DNA of 47,186 nucleotides from Blastocystis sp. subtype 4 (Eukaryota): NCBI RefSeq assembly GCF_000743755.1, contig NW_014569502.1, positions 1 to 47,186 of the forward strand, read 5' to 3'. Shown piece by piece: positions 26,501 to 38,740 of this stretch (position 1 is its first letter; each line of letters starts with the position of its first letter). The notes under the pieces were generated by a model. It saw only the letters and a program-made list of their open reading frames with translations, ran no database searches and was not told where the DNA came from. The position numbers and the translations under genes were made by a program.

Positions 26501-27370
26501 CAATCTGCTGTGATTCGACAGATTATTGCATCAGCCATGATTGATCATGTTGCCAGGAAAATGACAGTAATTGAAGCGAGAGATTTAGAGATACCACTAG
26601 GACGTGTTCCATACATGACAACCACTTTGAACAATCGAATGCCTGCATATATTCATCGAGAGAGTTTTGTATCACCGTTGAAGACTGGTGATTTAGTAAG
26701 AGAAGAATGTTGATTTGAATGAATAGGATAAATATCCCGATTATATCGTATTCCAAGATTTAGTTCAGAAAGGTGGAAGGTTAGTGTTCATGAGTGGAAT
26801 CATTTGGATAGAGTTTATTTACGAGGTGTTACAGAAGTGAACAAAGGCTGGTTGGCTCGATTAGCTGGAAATGGACCTATGTGCTCATTCTCAGCTCCAT
26901 TAGAGACCCCACAACCTTTCTATGATGAAAAGAAGGATCAGATCATGTGTTATGTGTCTCCTCGCTTTGGACCACATCTATGGGACCTTCCTGCCTACAT
27001 GAAGGAATTTCCCCATGAAGACTCATCAATATTCAAATGGTTTGCACGTTGTTTGCTTGAAGGGAAAGTAATACCCGAGTTTTCTATTCTTGGAACCTTC
27101 TATTCCTCAACACCTGCCATGATCAATAAGCCACAAATCCCAATCAAGGCAATGACTCTTATACAGTCCTTGAAGAAAGAGAATGTGACTTCAAAGAAGC
27201 TTCTTTTGGATCAATGGAAGCGGAATTCTAATTATTTAAAACCTGAAGTGAGTGCTTGGGTGTTACCTCGGTATCAGGTCGTTCTTAATTCTATTTGGCC
27301 CTATCTGATTGAAGGGAAAGCTGTTCCTGATTTGGTTCTCAATGATGTAAAGAAGCGATTTGGAATGTAA
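23510..27370 (+). CDS. DHX37: DEAH-box RNA helicase DHX37/Dhr1
   Basis: [86 protein letters not shown]. Confidence 0.93.
23726..23759 (+). other. Candidate U12-type GT-AG intron (34 nt) in DHX37
   Basis: 5' end GTATCCTTT; TTGTTAAT near the 3' end; removal keeps the frame (ALE|KKKQ). Confidence 0.45.
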
Positions 27371-27564
27371 CTGTCATTTTAAACGTTTTCAGCCAACACA
27401 CTAACAATATGGAATATTCACATACTATACATATCAACACAAATGCATTATTTCAAGGATAACAGTAATTAGAGTCCAATTGTAGTACTGTAATAATAAT
27501 TAAGTGAGGTTAAAGTATTATGTGATGACAAACCTGAAAAGAAGATGATAAAAGAAAACAGATA

Positions 27565-28205
27565 TATGAAGATTTATTCTTTAAATAACTATCATAGTGA
27601 TCATAATGGGACTTGATATAGAAGTCGAGGATTGTAGTAATTTCCTACACGTTAAAAATCCATATAAACTAGACTTCTAACGAATCGAGATGCTGACCAA
27701 AGGATCGACTATAAACACTCAATCCTAGGAATCAACACCATCAAAACATATTAACCATCAACAAAAATATCAAAAGAACGAGTCATCGTACTGAAATACG
27801 ATACAGTATACAAACCCACAGCTATAAAGTATATCACCAGACGATACGTGTCAATAAAGTCTTGGAAACGATTACAAGAAGTACAACCCAATAGATCGAT
27901 CACCTATACTTAACAACACTGTCAAATACTACTGGCTTTGAAAACATGAGAATCAAGAAGATGAATGCAGAGGAACAAAGAGTGATGTAACTCAGGATCT
28001 GCAAATCAGCTTAACTACAAGTGATTACCTTTCTTGACTGTGGACATCGTCTGTAACCACCATTAAGAAGTACTTTTGAGTTATATTTCTCTTTGAGATG
28101 ACTTTCAACAGCATGATACATATTATCATACTTCTTGGACCAACAACGACCAATAAACACGTTGATCTTTGGAATAGAAGAAGATTTTTGGGTTTCCTTC
28201 GTCAT
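27565..28205 (-). CDS. Selenoprotein T-like (Rdx family) protein without Sec, multi-exon
   Basis: KINVFIGRCWSKKY..LKEKY..LNGGY, two hydrophobic segments, then TRSFDIFVDGLSVYSR..HLDSLEEITTIL, resembling SelT TGAFEI..VWSK..HLPS..QL. Confidence 0.62.
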
Positions 28206-28274
28206 CACGCACAAAGAGTGATGTGCAAACAAACATTCAATAGTACAAAAGGATTGACTACATCATGGTACAAT

Positions 28275-29629
28275 TTAATGGTAGTCAATATAGCCAAATA
28301 TTGGTTTCTTCTCACATAATTCCTGATACTCCTCCTCCAATCGATTTCGTGGTTGTACATCGAATAAATTGTTTCCGTTCGGCCGATGCAAGCATTCATG
28401 AAGCATTTCCTATATGATAGTTTCAAGCAAAGACATACAATAAGTTCGCGACGAATATGAGGTTCCTTCTTCATATCATAGAAGGGATGATTTCCCCCAA
28501 AATGGTTAAAGTATTTCGTTGATAAGTATTTCCCAATGATGGAAAGATCAAGGAGATGAATGACTACCTTACAAAACACTTATCTATATTACAATGTAAT
28601 GCTCCATAAACCGCTCCAACAGAAGCTGAACCAGAATTCAGTTGTAACTGAACAGTACGTAGAATATTGTCATGGATGGTCCGTCCCCCCCGCTTACTTC
28701 TAGAGTTCATAACAAGCTCGAGAAAATACAAATCGTAAACAGAATACAGGGCAGAAGCAGCTAGATTTCGTATCCGCCAATGATTCTCCTGCGAATAATA
28801 GGACAATTGGGAAGCAAGGAGACAAGACAACAAAGGAGGGAGAAAAGCATAACTCTAGAAATCAGTCATCTACGAAAGAGAAACAAAGGAAAATACATCG
28901 ACTGCACTGTTATTGATAATGGAGGTTAGAGTACGAACGAAATGATACAAGTCAACAGCCATGGACATGGGCTTTACTCGCAATGTTGATAGAATCTATG
29001 TTAAACACAGCTCCAAATTCTACCTCGTCAGAAAGGTATTCTGAGAACTTGCTAGCAAATGATAACACTTCAGGACTCGTTTCAAGGAAGTCCCAGAGAC
29101 ACTCCAGGTCATTTTCGTTTCCATTTTCGCAGGTAACGTTAAATAGTAAACGAACTCGATCCAAAGCAGTATTGTCCTCAGAAAGATTATCAATATCTTT
29201 ACCATTGATTACAAACCATGATAAAGAGAATGAATAAGACTTTGTGGGAGGATGAAGAATGGGTTCATTCATACACGATGTCAAGGAAATAACTGATTTG
29301 GAATCATCAATTTCTCTGCCTGGAAATTTCATGAGAGTAGGACAAGGAAGAGAGCCCTAGTGTGGAAAAACAGTATCATTCTTACATCAAAACCACAGAT
29401 AGGAAGCGCTCGATAGATATCATCAAATAAAAGAACCGTTCGCCGACTCTTTCGTTGAATCTGGTGTGCAACCTCATATTGATAAAGGACAAGAGTATTA
29501 TACGTAAATGATATCTTTCAAGGTAGAATTGATAGAATCATTCAAACAGACAAGAGCATCTCCGCCTATCCGAATCCCTTCTTTGTTTTCAAATGAATCA
29601 GCAAATTCCGACAAGAGATTGATATCCAT
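28275..29629 (-). CDS. TFIID/SAGA subunit TAF6-like
   Basis: Histone-fold-like ..KSRRTVLLFDDIYRAL; SWFVING; NHWRIRNLAASAL; VYGAL. Confidence 0.72.
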
Positions 29630-29715
29630 AAGGAATCGCAATCAAAAACAATAACGTAAAATTCCCCTTTCATTCAACAAACCAACATTAAGTAAACAAA
29701 TATCGCACAAATAAC

Positions 29716-30212
29716 TCAGAGCTCCATCTCTAAATCGGATACGTCTCTCTCTCTGATTTCTTCCAATGATTTCCATCCCTTTGGACAGAAATTCAACCCA
29801 TTACAAACATTGTCATCGATAGTCTCACTAAAACGATGCATCTGTTTTCCCAAAACAGCTATCTGAATTCGATTTCCCTGATCTTTGATGAACTGATCAC
29901 AGTATACTGCAATCTCATCGGGAGTCAAAGCATACCTTACGATCAGAACATCCCACAATCCTCTTACCCTTCAAAGGATGAAGTTTTACAAATTGAATTG
30001 ACAACATTTCGGGTGTTCGAGACAGAAACAATACTACCAATTCGTTTCACAGATTCAATTACAATTGCATGACATAGTTGGCAGTCCTGATCCAGTGGAT
30101 AGTCAATACGACGTCTCTGAGGCCTAGTCCCATTATTCGATACAAAATGGTATTACAATGGATAACAGAGACTGGCTGATACCAGCAATAGAAATACTGT
30201 GATAACACGCAT
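29716..30212 (-). CDS. Secretory-pathway saposin-fold (Canopy-like) protein
   Basis: Signal peptide MRVITVFLLLVSASLC; six Cys in saposin spacing (CQLC..IC..YC..VC..FC); C-terminal EMEL. Confidence 0.65.
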
Positions 30213-30347
30213 GATTAGAAGAAATCTCTGTACTTTCTTCTTTTCTATCTATTATCTGCATGGTGTATATTGAGTGTTTTGAAAATAGAAGAGGGATCAA
30301 CTTTCTTGCTTCGTTGACTTAAGGGATATCATGCTTCTTAGGACAAT

Positions 30348-31964
30348 ATGGATCTGACTATGGACTCCACAAGTGAATTGGAAAAGCCTCTATCTCGAAT
30401 CAAGTCCTTTGACACCATCTTCAAAGAGTCAACAGAGTTTTCTAATCTAGTCGAAAGTCACCTGGACAAACCAGATTTTTCGCCTGCTCCTATTCTGTTA
30501 CCAACAGATCTTCCTGATCAAAACAAGTCCGATGTTCAGACACTTACATCGTCAACAGAACATCCTCAGTTTCAGTGGCACAGACGGATGACAAAGGTGA
30601 AACGTTTATTGAAACGATCGAGTCTAAAAGTATGGAATATTTCACGACTGAAATAATTAGACAGAGGACAGACGAAAGAAGGCAGCAATGATGCGTGAAA
30701 AGTATATTGCGATTGCTGATCGCATGCAGATGCAACCCAAACAAGTCTCTATGCCGTCAGGATGGCTCTCAATTCAAGTATGAATGCTTACAGTGGTAAA
30801 ATAAAGGAGGAAGATATTAAGAAAGACGAAGAAGATTGCAATCTGTATGATTCGATCTTTCGTAAGCGGTTCAATGTATCTTCAGACGAATTCATTCTGC
30901 TTCGTTTTCCTTGTTGTGTGGGGAACAGTCGTGTTTGTGATGGAAATGGATCTAAGTTATAGGGTGTTGTGGAGGTAACAGATTGCCATATTGGATTTCA
31001 TGGAAGTCGAGGAGGATTTTGGTTAATGGAAAATGACCAAGTTGTTAGCTTGAAAAAGACCGGTATTCGGTCACTCCAAATTAAGGGACTTTATGACAGT
31101 CATGATTGTGAAGATGTTTCGAAAGTAACTACAGTTCTTGCACTTCTTTCTTCAGTTATATTTTCAAAGGATCATTCAAATGATCCAAATTGTACTGCTA
31201 GTCAAACATGTCATATCGCAATTCAACGCCAACTTGCATTTATTGAATCCAATCTTCGCATTGCGGATGTTCTTCTTCCTCTCTCGTTTGATAGGTTGCT
31301 TTCGGAGTATGTTTGTTCCTCTCGATTTTATAAGTCTCTCTTGTTGATGAGTGGAGACTTCTCTGTCCAAGTTGGTCGATGGTGTGAGAAGGATGGTTTT
31401 GTTGGTGATAGGATATGGGATGATAAGTAGTGTTGTAAAGAGCAACGACGTGAGATTCAGTATCAGCATGTATATGAATTCATGAAGAAACAGTTTCCAT
31501 GTAAGTGAAAGAAATAAGTTTGATTCACAGGTGTAATCAAACAACATCAATGTCTCACTGTTCATCCATCTCTCTCGACTGCATCTCTTCTAATGCAATA
31601 TACGATTCGAAAGATTCCACTTTGTGATCCTCTTCAGTTTGTATTGTATTGGCTAATCGAAGAAGGAGAAGATAACCAGACTCATGTTCTTGTGAGTTGT
31701 ATGATTGAGAGCAAATTCCCTCTATTCTCAAACACTGTATGTTTGATTGATTCTCTGTCATTTAGATTTCGTCATTCATCCAGAAGGAAGCATCGGAGGT
31801 GTGTACACGTTGGATGCAAGTAATTGCAGAGAAGGAGAAACATTCACTTTCTTTTCCACCTGAATCCTCTCCGCTCAACCCTCAAAAGACGTATCAAAAG
31901 CAAGTCTATCTCTTTGTCATTCTATTCATCTTCCTTGTTATTCTTTCTCTACTTCAAAAGGAAT
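30348..31964 (+). CDS. GRAM + VASt/StART-like lipid-transfer protein with C-terminal TM
   Basis: FRKRFNVSSDEFILLRFPCC..GVVEVTDCHIGF (GRAM-like); KIPLCDPLQFVLYWLIE (VASt-like); TM VYLFVILFIFLVILSLL. The genomic stop would be at 32098. Confidence 0.6.
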
Positions 31965-31988
31965 CATCTGTTTCCATTAAACACAAGA

Positions 31989-32704
31989 TTACAGGCCAAA
32001 GTCCAAATCTACCAAACCAGCTGTATATTTCTCACGTCGTTTACGAATCTCTTCTTCATCAGACTTTTCTGGAGCTGAAGTACGAGTTACTTCAATAGAA
32101 CTGAAGTCCAGCCAGTTATCATCATCTTCCTTCGTCTGAGTACCACTTGTTGAGAAGAACTCTTGGTCTTCATCATCTTCCACCTCCTCTTCCTCCTCCT
32201 CTACAACTTCAGCACCGCCTTCACTCTCCTCTTCTTCTTCCTCTTCCTTTTGGGAAATGATAGGTCCATTCTTCAGACGACTGATGATATCTTCAGTCTC
32301 CACTCTGTCCTTTTCCTTAAAGTTAACGAGATCAAAGAAGTTAATATCATCAATAAAGAGTGCTATTCATGACAGTACCATCCAATCCGTACAATATGCA
32401 TATCCCTCTGCATCCTTAGTAATAACTATTTTGAAAATGTGTTTATCCTTTGACCAAGCGTAGTCAAAATCACCGGTTAAGAATTGCTTGGTCTCTTTGA
32501 CAATTTCATCATTATACCAAATAACCTTCTTATGAGATAGAATTGAGTGCTTTATCGTAATTACAACTCGTTTGTCATCAATTAGAAGTCCCCACTTTAC
32601 CATCTTCTTTGTATTCGACATTGTCTTACCGACATCTTTGCCCAAGAAACCACTACACTGTAATTAGCAAAATGAAGAAGATACCAACGATATACTTTGC
32701 TCAT
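31989..32704 (-). CDS. FAIM-like beta-rich domain protein with acidic tail
   Basis: KDVGK..TKKMVKW..VVITIKHSILSHKKVIWYND..LFIDDINFFDL; Glu-rich tail ending LVDLDFGL. Confidence 0.5.
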
Positions 32705-32772
32705 TTAATAGATATAAGAAAGAAATGAGGATCTGTTAATGGAAGAACCGCGGGATTAATAACAAACAGTCA

Positions 32773-33585
32773 CAAAACCCCCACTTTATTCCTGTTTTCT
32801 TATGTGAACTACCTTCTTTGGAATGAACCATCCATCCTCTTGGTCCTTCTTGCTAATTCCACTATATTCAAGACACTAACATAACCACTACCTCTTTCCA
32901 TTTCTTCTGAAACCTTGGTTCCTTCCAAAGCGATGTCCTTTCTGACGACGGTCCTACATATCACAGATATCTCTGGCATCTACATCTCGAGGGCGTGCAC
33001 GATCATTGCGAGGTTTACGTTCCTTCCGTTCACCTGATTCCACTACCTTCACTTCCTCAACAACCTCCACTACCTCCTCCACGGGTGTTACTGCTTCCAG
33101 AGCGACAGCAGCTTCCACCTTCTCTTCAACAGGCTCTTCCACCTGTTTCTCCTCTTGTGATTCCTCTAAAACAGGTTCTTGTGCAGCAACTTCAGCAGCA
33201 GGTTCTTGCACAGCAACTTCGATAACAGGCTCTTCAGACTGTTCAGTGACAGGAGAATCACTCATAGCCAGAGAAGGAGAAACCTATATTCAACATCCAT
33301 CTAAACATATACAGCCTCTTCAGGAGAAAGATTGAGGTACTGCTCCTTGATTGCAGTCAGTTCTTTAAGAATGCCCGAATACACTTCAAAACGAGAGCAA
33401 AGCTCCACCTGAGCGGGCTTTAGATCCTTTACTCAAACAATCTCCACAATTCCTACCTTCTTGCCTTGTAGAGCATTAATTCTCTCCACCTTCTTCTTGA
33501 AGGCACGAATTCTCCTGTTTAGGACAGTAATGTAGGGATTATCAGCAACAACGGCAGAGGAAGTACCAGTTACAACATCGGACAT
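32773..33585 (-). CDS. Hypothetical protein with a caprin-like N-terminal helical motif
   Basis: DNPYITVLNRRIRAFKKKVERI; Glu/Val-rich middle; Arg-rich C-terminal part. Confidence 0.5.
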
Positions 33586-33756
33586 TCTAACCAACATTAC
33601 TCCACTTATTCACAACAGACTTGTTTATCCTGTAGCTACCAAAAGTACTGGTCTGAGAAAAGAAATACAAACGATTATAGCATTTCTCTAGGTGAATTAC
33701 TCTAAAACCCCGAGCACCTCCTTTTTCGATGTAGAACAAACAACCCGGATAACGGA

Positions 33757-34654
33757 CTAATGATAAGAAGTATGTGCTTTTGCGATTGTCTTTGCAACCC
33801 GTTTCTCTTTCTTCTCTTGTTTCTGAGCGTTCGATTAAGTAAACCCAAAAACAATTCTGCCAAGGATATATTCTTTACATCTTTCTTTTGCCACTCGCTC
33901 TTCATCACCTTCATCGGTCGACTTCCACATAACCTTCCATTCATTTCCTTCATCGCTTTAATTCCCTCTAAAGGATCTGAAAAGGCTACAAAACCATATC
34001 CTTGGGAACCTTTATACATCTTATTCTCAACAACACGAGCCTTTGTAAACGATGGATAGCGCTGACGAAATTGATTTGCAAGAATCTCTGTTGTCACTTC
34101 ACGACCCAGATTCCCAACAAAAAGACGAAAATCGGATTCATTCCAATCATTCAATTTATAAAGTTAAAGAAAGGCATCCACACACTTGTCAAGGATATGT
34201 TTGATCTACCCATGTTTCTCCATTGGCCCTTCGAAGATGCGGTTTTGACTTTTTGAGATTTGCCTAGAATAAAGGCACATTTCTCTCTCCTACAACTTCA
34301 TTTTGAAAGAATTTACTTAGTCGTTCTTGCTTCTTTTCTTCAGGGTCTACTTCTGCAAATCTACTCGTTACTAACAAACTCGAATTTCACTGGGGAGGGA
34401 TATATCGTTCTTCTACTTTGGGTTTTGATTCACTGGGTTTGGGCTTGCTAACAATCGCTATAATAAAAAAACCAAGCAAATAATACGTTCTGAATACTCA
34501 ATGAACTGGTTTGATGTGATAACCGATTTCTAGGCAATCAGGAGCAATCACAACAATAAACCTCATCTGAAGGAGCAGGAGTTGTGGCGGACGGAGCTGG
34601 GAGACTGTTGATTTCAGCAAAGAAATTGTTCAACAGGTCATCTTCAGTACTCAT
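33757..34654 (-). CDS. RBM42: RRM protein RBM42-like
   Basis: LRRANGETWVDQTLNDWNESDFRLFVGNLG..YPSFTKARVV..GYGFVAFSDP..AMKEMNG..GSRPMKVMKSEW. Confidence 0.85.
33829..33869 (-). other. U12-type AT-AC intron (41 nt)
   Basis: ATATCCTTG...TTTACTTAATCGAAC; removal gives in-frame KDVKN|AQKQEKKEKR. Confidence 0.8.
34156..34198 (-). other. U12-type AT-AA intron (43 nt)
   Basis: ATATCCTTG...TTTCTTTAACTTTATAA; only this removal restores the conserved WVDQTLNDW. Confidence 0.78.
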
Positions 34655-34807
34655 CACTAGGACAATTAAACTCAAATGAAAAGCCAGAAATCTCAAAAGA
34701 CCGATTCCCAAAATGATTGGGGCAAATTGACTCTCTCTGAAGTGAATTACCGAAAACCCCCTGGATTCGCTATCAATCTTCTTGCTATATTGGGTTTTTG
34801 ACATTCA

Positions 34808-35226
34808 ATGAAGGGTCCTTGGGAAAGTATTGCTGCAGGTCGTGAGAAGGGTTACAAGACCCAGAAGTTGGAGAAAGTCTCTCGTCACATTCACTTCAGA
34901 GTCGTTGTTATCATTCGTTTGTGATTTATAGCATGCTTCAAAGAGAGTGAAGGCTGTACGTGAACTTGTTAACGAAGTGGCTGGACTCCTTCCATACGAG
35001 AAGCATTTGATGGATATTCTGAAGGTTTGGATTGTTAATGGAGTGTCATAAAGTAGGCTGGAGGTAATAACACTGAGAAGAAGATGTACAAGTTTGCTAA
35101 GAAGAGAGTAGGTGTTGTCAAAAGGGAGTAATTGTACAGCTTGGTTCTCATAAGAGAGCCCTTGCTAAGAGAGACGCTGTTAAGGAATCCTATTCGAAGA
35201 TGCGTCGTGCTCATCATCATCACTAA
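34808..35226 (+). CDS. RPL36: 60S ribosomal protein L36, 4 exons
   Basis: GREKGYK..KRVKAVRELVNEVAGLLPYEK..KFAKKRLGSHKRALAKR. Confidence 0.92.
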
Positions 35227-35295
35227 ACCCTCTGGAATGTAGAGAATCCTCTTTTGAAGTGTTTGTTATTATGCATTTTGGGGTTCATAGTCCAG

Positions 35296-36552
35296 ATGAA
35301 TGAGTCAAAAATTGTGTTCAGCGGTTCCTATTCTGAATCGGATTTCAAAATCATGGAATTGGAACCGGATGTTGCCAATTCCATTCAACAGGGAGAAACG
35401 TAGGGAAAGAATGAATTGAACGAATCTTTTAGTGTAACTATAAAAGGAGGAGGAAATGAACAATGTGTTCTAACGACTCCACACAAGTCATATTGTCTTG
35501 AGAAAATTGATACATCAAACACTGTTCTATTATGTAAAAGATCGAATCAAGAGAGTTATACTGTGTTTGGCAGTTGTGGGACAATCTTGGAGGTATCAGT
35601 TATTTATGCATCTCATCGTGTAGCTGGTAAATAATCCCGTGGATGCACATAAGATTCTATCGCACATTCCTGTGTTGGGAGATGGATCTTCTTCGTTTGT
35701 GGATCTTTCAGAGTTAGAATCGCGTTGTATGTATTCAAGAAGCGAAATTGAGAATTATGTTCGATCAAATCCTTATGTTGTTATTGACGAGGAACAACAC
35801 CTCTTTCGACTCACAAATAAAGATTACTCTTCACTAATTATGGAGCTAATCAATAAATGTATTCTTTCTGGAATCTCAATGTCATCCTTTATGCTCAAAC
35901 AGGTTCTTGAAGCATGTCCCACCATCCAGCCCTTTGTAGTTGTAAATCTTCAGTCGCTTTATCAGTACTAGAGACATTTAGTTTGTCAGCTTCTCGATGA
36001 TAGCGATAGTCTTGATGCTCAAGTTCTCTCTATACACAAGCATAAACTGATTCAAGTCATTACGAGGGTTGTCTTCTTGGGTGATAACTTACGTGCGATT
36101 TATTCGTAGTAATTTAAGATTTAGAGACTGTTGATTGGATTCCTAGTGACGAACTGCAGAAGCGAATTGCAACCATACTACCTTCAGGTAAATGTACTGG
36201 AGTGCATTAATGAGTAGAATATGATTTTGATATTGCACATGATGTGACTTGTCTAAAGGGAGTGGTGATTCATGAACAACGAGGTGGGATACCAGGCTAT
36301 CGATTTATTGACCGTGATGAACTAGCTATGAAGCCCGAAAGCAGACTTCTTCAGTTATTTACGATTGAGTCTGAGTGGAGTCAAGAGGATTTATTCCCAT
36401 TCATCGAGTAGAAACCCGAGAGTAGAATTAGAAATAGAGAGCTTCAGTTTTTTGGATACGGAAGACCTGGTGATCTGGTTCTCAAGTATTGTCGGGAAGT
36501 GACTCACGAAGAAAATGGGGTTGTAACAAAGCACTATGTAATGAGACGATAG
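35296..36552 (+). CDS. DSCC1: Sister chromatid cohesion protein Dcc1
   Basis: FKIMELEPD..IKGGGNEQCVLTTPHKSYCLEKIDTSNTVLL; PESRLLQLFTIESEWSQEDLFPFI. Confidence 0.82.
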
Positions 36553-36615
36553 TTCTGTTTGTTCCCTCTATCTGGCATAATTCATATCAGCTTGTTGAAT
36601 TGTCTGTTGTTTATC

Positions 36616-38713
36616 ATGCAGAATCCAGAACAGATACAAAACAACTCATTTTACAGCATAGATGCTGTAATGTTCGATTCCAAGAAGAAGAAGAATCCGA
36701 ATACACAGACAGATCCAAAGAACCTAGAAGAAGATGTAAAGGGAAAGAAAGTGACTATTGTCTTCTAAACTGAGAGATAGATGAAGATCACTTTCGATGG
36801 CATGAAACTCGTGTACAACAAGTGTGTGTATGATTGTAGTTTTGAAGTCAACCGTAGATTGTTAGTTGATGATATGATTGCTGTTGCTTCTTCGAAACCA
36901 AAGGAAATTATTATCCATTCGTTACCAAGAATTGGAAAGGGTACTGATCCCGTGTTATTTATAACTCTAAGGGTATCGTGAACGATATTGGAAGAAGTCG
37001 AAAATTGTATTTGGAACAAGTTAGGAATAGTTATTTCAAATGATTGAAATAGAGGATCAAGCATCTGAATGGTTGAATATTATCAACAAAGCAATCGAGT
37101 CTAGTCGTTACAATGAACAATCCGAACGTGGTCCTATTGTTGAATTCAGTACATGCACCTAGAGAATCTGACCATAGAGGATAATTCTCGATATAAGCGT
37201 GTTCGTGTGATTGTGAATCCTCATGGAGGAAAAGGAGATGCTCAACTCCTATTCAATACCCGAATTCTTCCCTTATTGCAATTAGCTGGAATTCAATGTG
37301 ATCTTGAAATCACCAAGTATTCTGGTATGTATGTGTGTTGATATCTTAATTGATAGCAAATGCAAAGGATATGGCCGTTACACATGAGCCTGATAAATAT
37401 GAAGGAGTGTTACTAGTGAGTGGCGATGGCCTTGTAAATGAGTTTGTGAATGGTCTGATGCAGCGGTTGAGATGGAAATGAGATCTGATCTGTAGAGTGG
37501 ATTGCTGTTACGCTGTATACAATACACCAATCTGTCATGTCTCTGCTGGAACACAAAATCAAATTGCGGGAGGGATTGGAACTAATTGTTATGAAACTGC
37601 TGCATATTGTATAATCAAAGTAGTTCCAATCAGTTCACTTCATCTATAGCATAAAGTGAAGGCTTTAGACATCCTACGAGTAAGTCCCAAAGATCTCCCA
37701 ATTCAATACAGTTTGTGTGGTGTAGTTGCTGGTATTGGAGGAGACATGGTCAAAGATTATGAGGAATACCGAAAATATGGTTGTCTTCGCTATCCACTAT
37801 TGAAAGTCGGTTACTTTGGAATTCCATAAATCATAGGTAAAATGGGCTGTATTCAAGAGACAGAAGCATGTGACTGATATAACATATGTAATGAATGATG
37901 AAAAGTGTTCATAGGAAGACACCAGTAGCTCCTCGTATTGCTCAATACCAGCTTCACAAATGTTCACGTAAATGTGTTGGTTGTCCAGTGTGTGCTGATG
38001 GTCATCGCAATTATTATTCCAAGCCGATCAAGTGTCCTCATGCTACAGATGAAGATAAAACCATACTTCATCCAGAAATAAGTTCAGATTCTGATAGTGA
38101 TGTGCCAGTTAAGTGAATTCTGAGAATGATTATCATACTTAGTCCTGTGGGGTTCTCAATGGCTTGTTCTTGTGAGTATCCTCGTTGGTGCACACTTGTA
38201 AGTAATCGTGATTACATCAATGATGATGTGTTTGAGATTACATCTGAAGAGCCATCATGTTGTTGTAAACCAAAGAAGATGATTATAAGATAAGTCTTAT
38301 TGATAAAGATAATACAATAGTGAGGAATTCCCTGAGAAAGTGAACACACATCAAGATGAAGTATGTGAACATGATATGAAGTATCTAACCATTGGAATTG
38401 TTGTGAATGCTCCTTATGGTAAATCATCTGAAAGGATATTGTGTAGATGGAGAATACTGTCATTGTTGTGATGGTAGTCTGGATTTAATTATTGCTAGAA
38501 CTGGGAATTGCTGTCAGACTGTAGGACTAATTGGAAGATATCTGAATCGAACACATTTACAATCACCTCTTATGAATTATATCAAAGCAAAGAAAGTTGT
38601 GTTAACAAATCCAGGAGAGAATACTGTTAATGTGGATGGAGAAGAACTCACTTATCAAGATGAATTAACTGTGGAAGTATGCGAGGCAGGAATGAGCTGT
38701 TATGGAGAGATAT
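36616..38713 (+). CDS. Sphingosine/ceramide kinase-like protein (DAGK catalytic domain)
   Basis: VIVNPHGGKGDA, VSGDGLVNEFVNGL, SAGTQN, DGSLDLII, VNVDGE. Splicing at 38260-38320 is unresolved. Confidence 0.83.
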
Positions 38714-38740
38714 CATATGTTTGATCAAATGAAACAAATG

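Noticed and set aside
31989..32098. 110-bp antisense coding overlap between convergent genes
   Set aside because: It disappears if the + gene ends by a poly(A)-made stop at 31964, just after its TM. The motif is weak, so this remains provisional.
38260..38325. 4-nt micro-exon or non-canonical intron in the kinase gene
   Set aside because: Several splice solutions exist, including a longer GT-AG intron; I cannot choose without transcript data.
38700..38724. Overlap of the kinase and zinc-ribbon ORF ends
   Set aside because: Both genes have in-frame poly(A)-completed stops (38713 and 38741), which removes the overlap.
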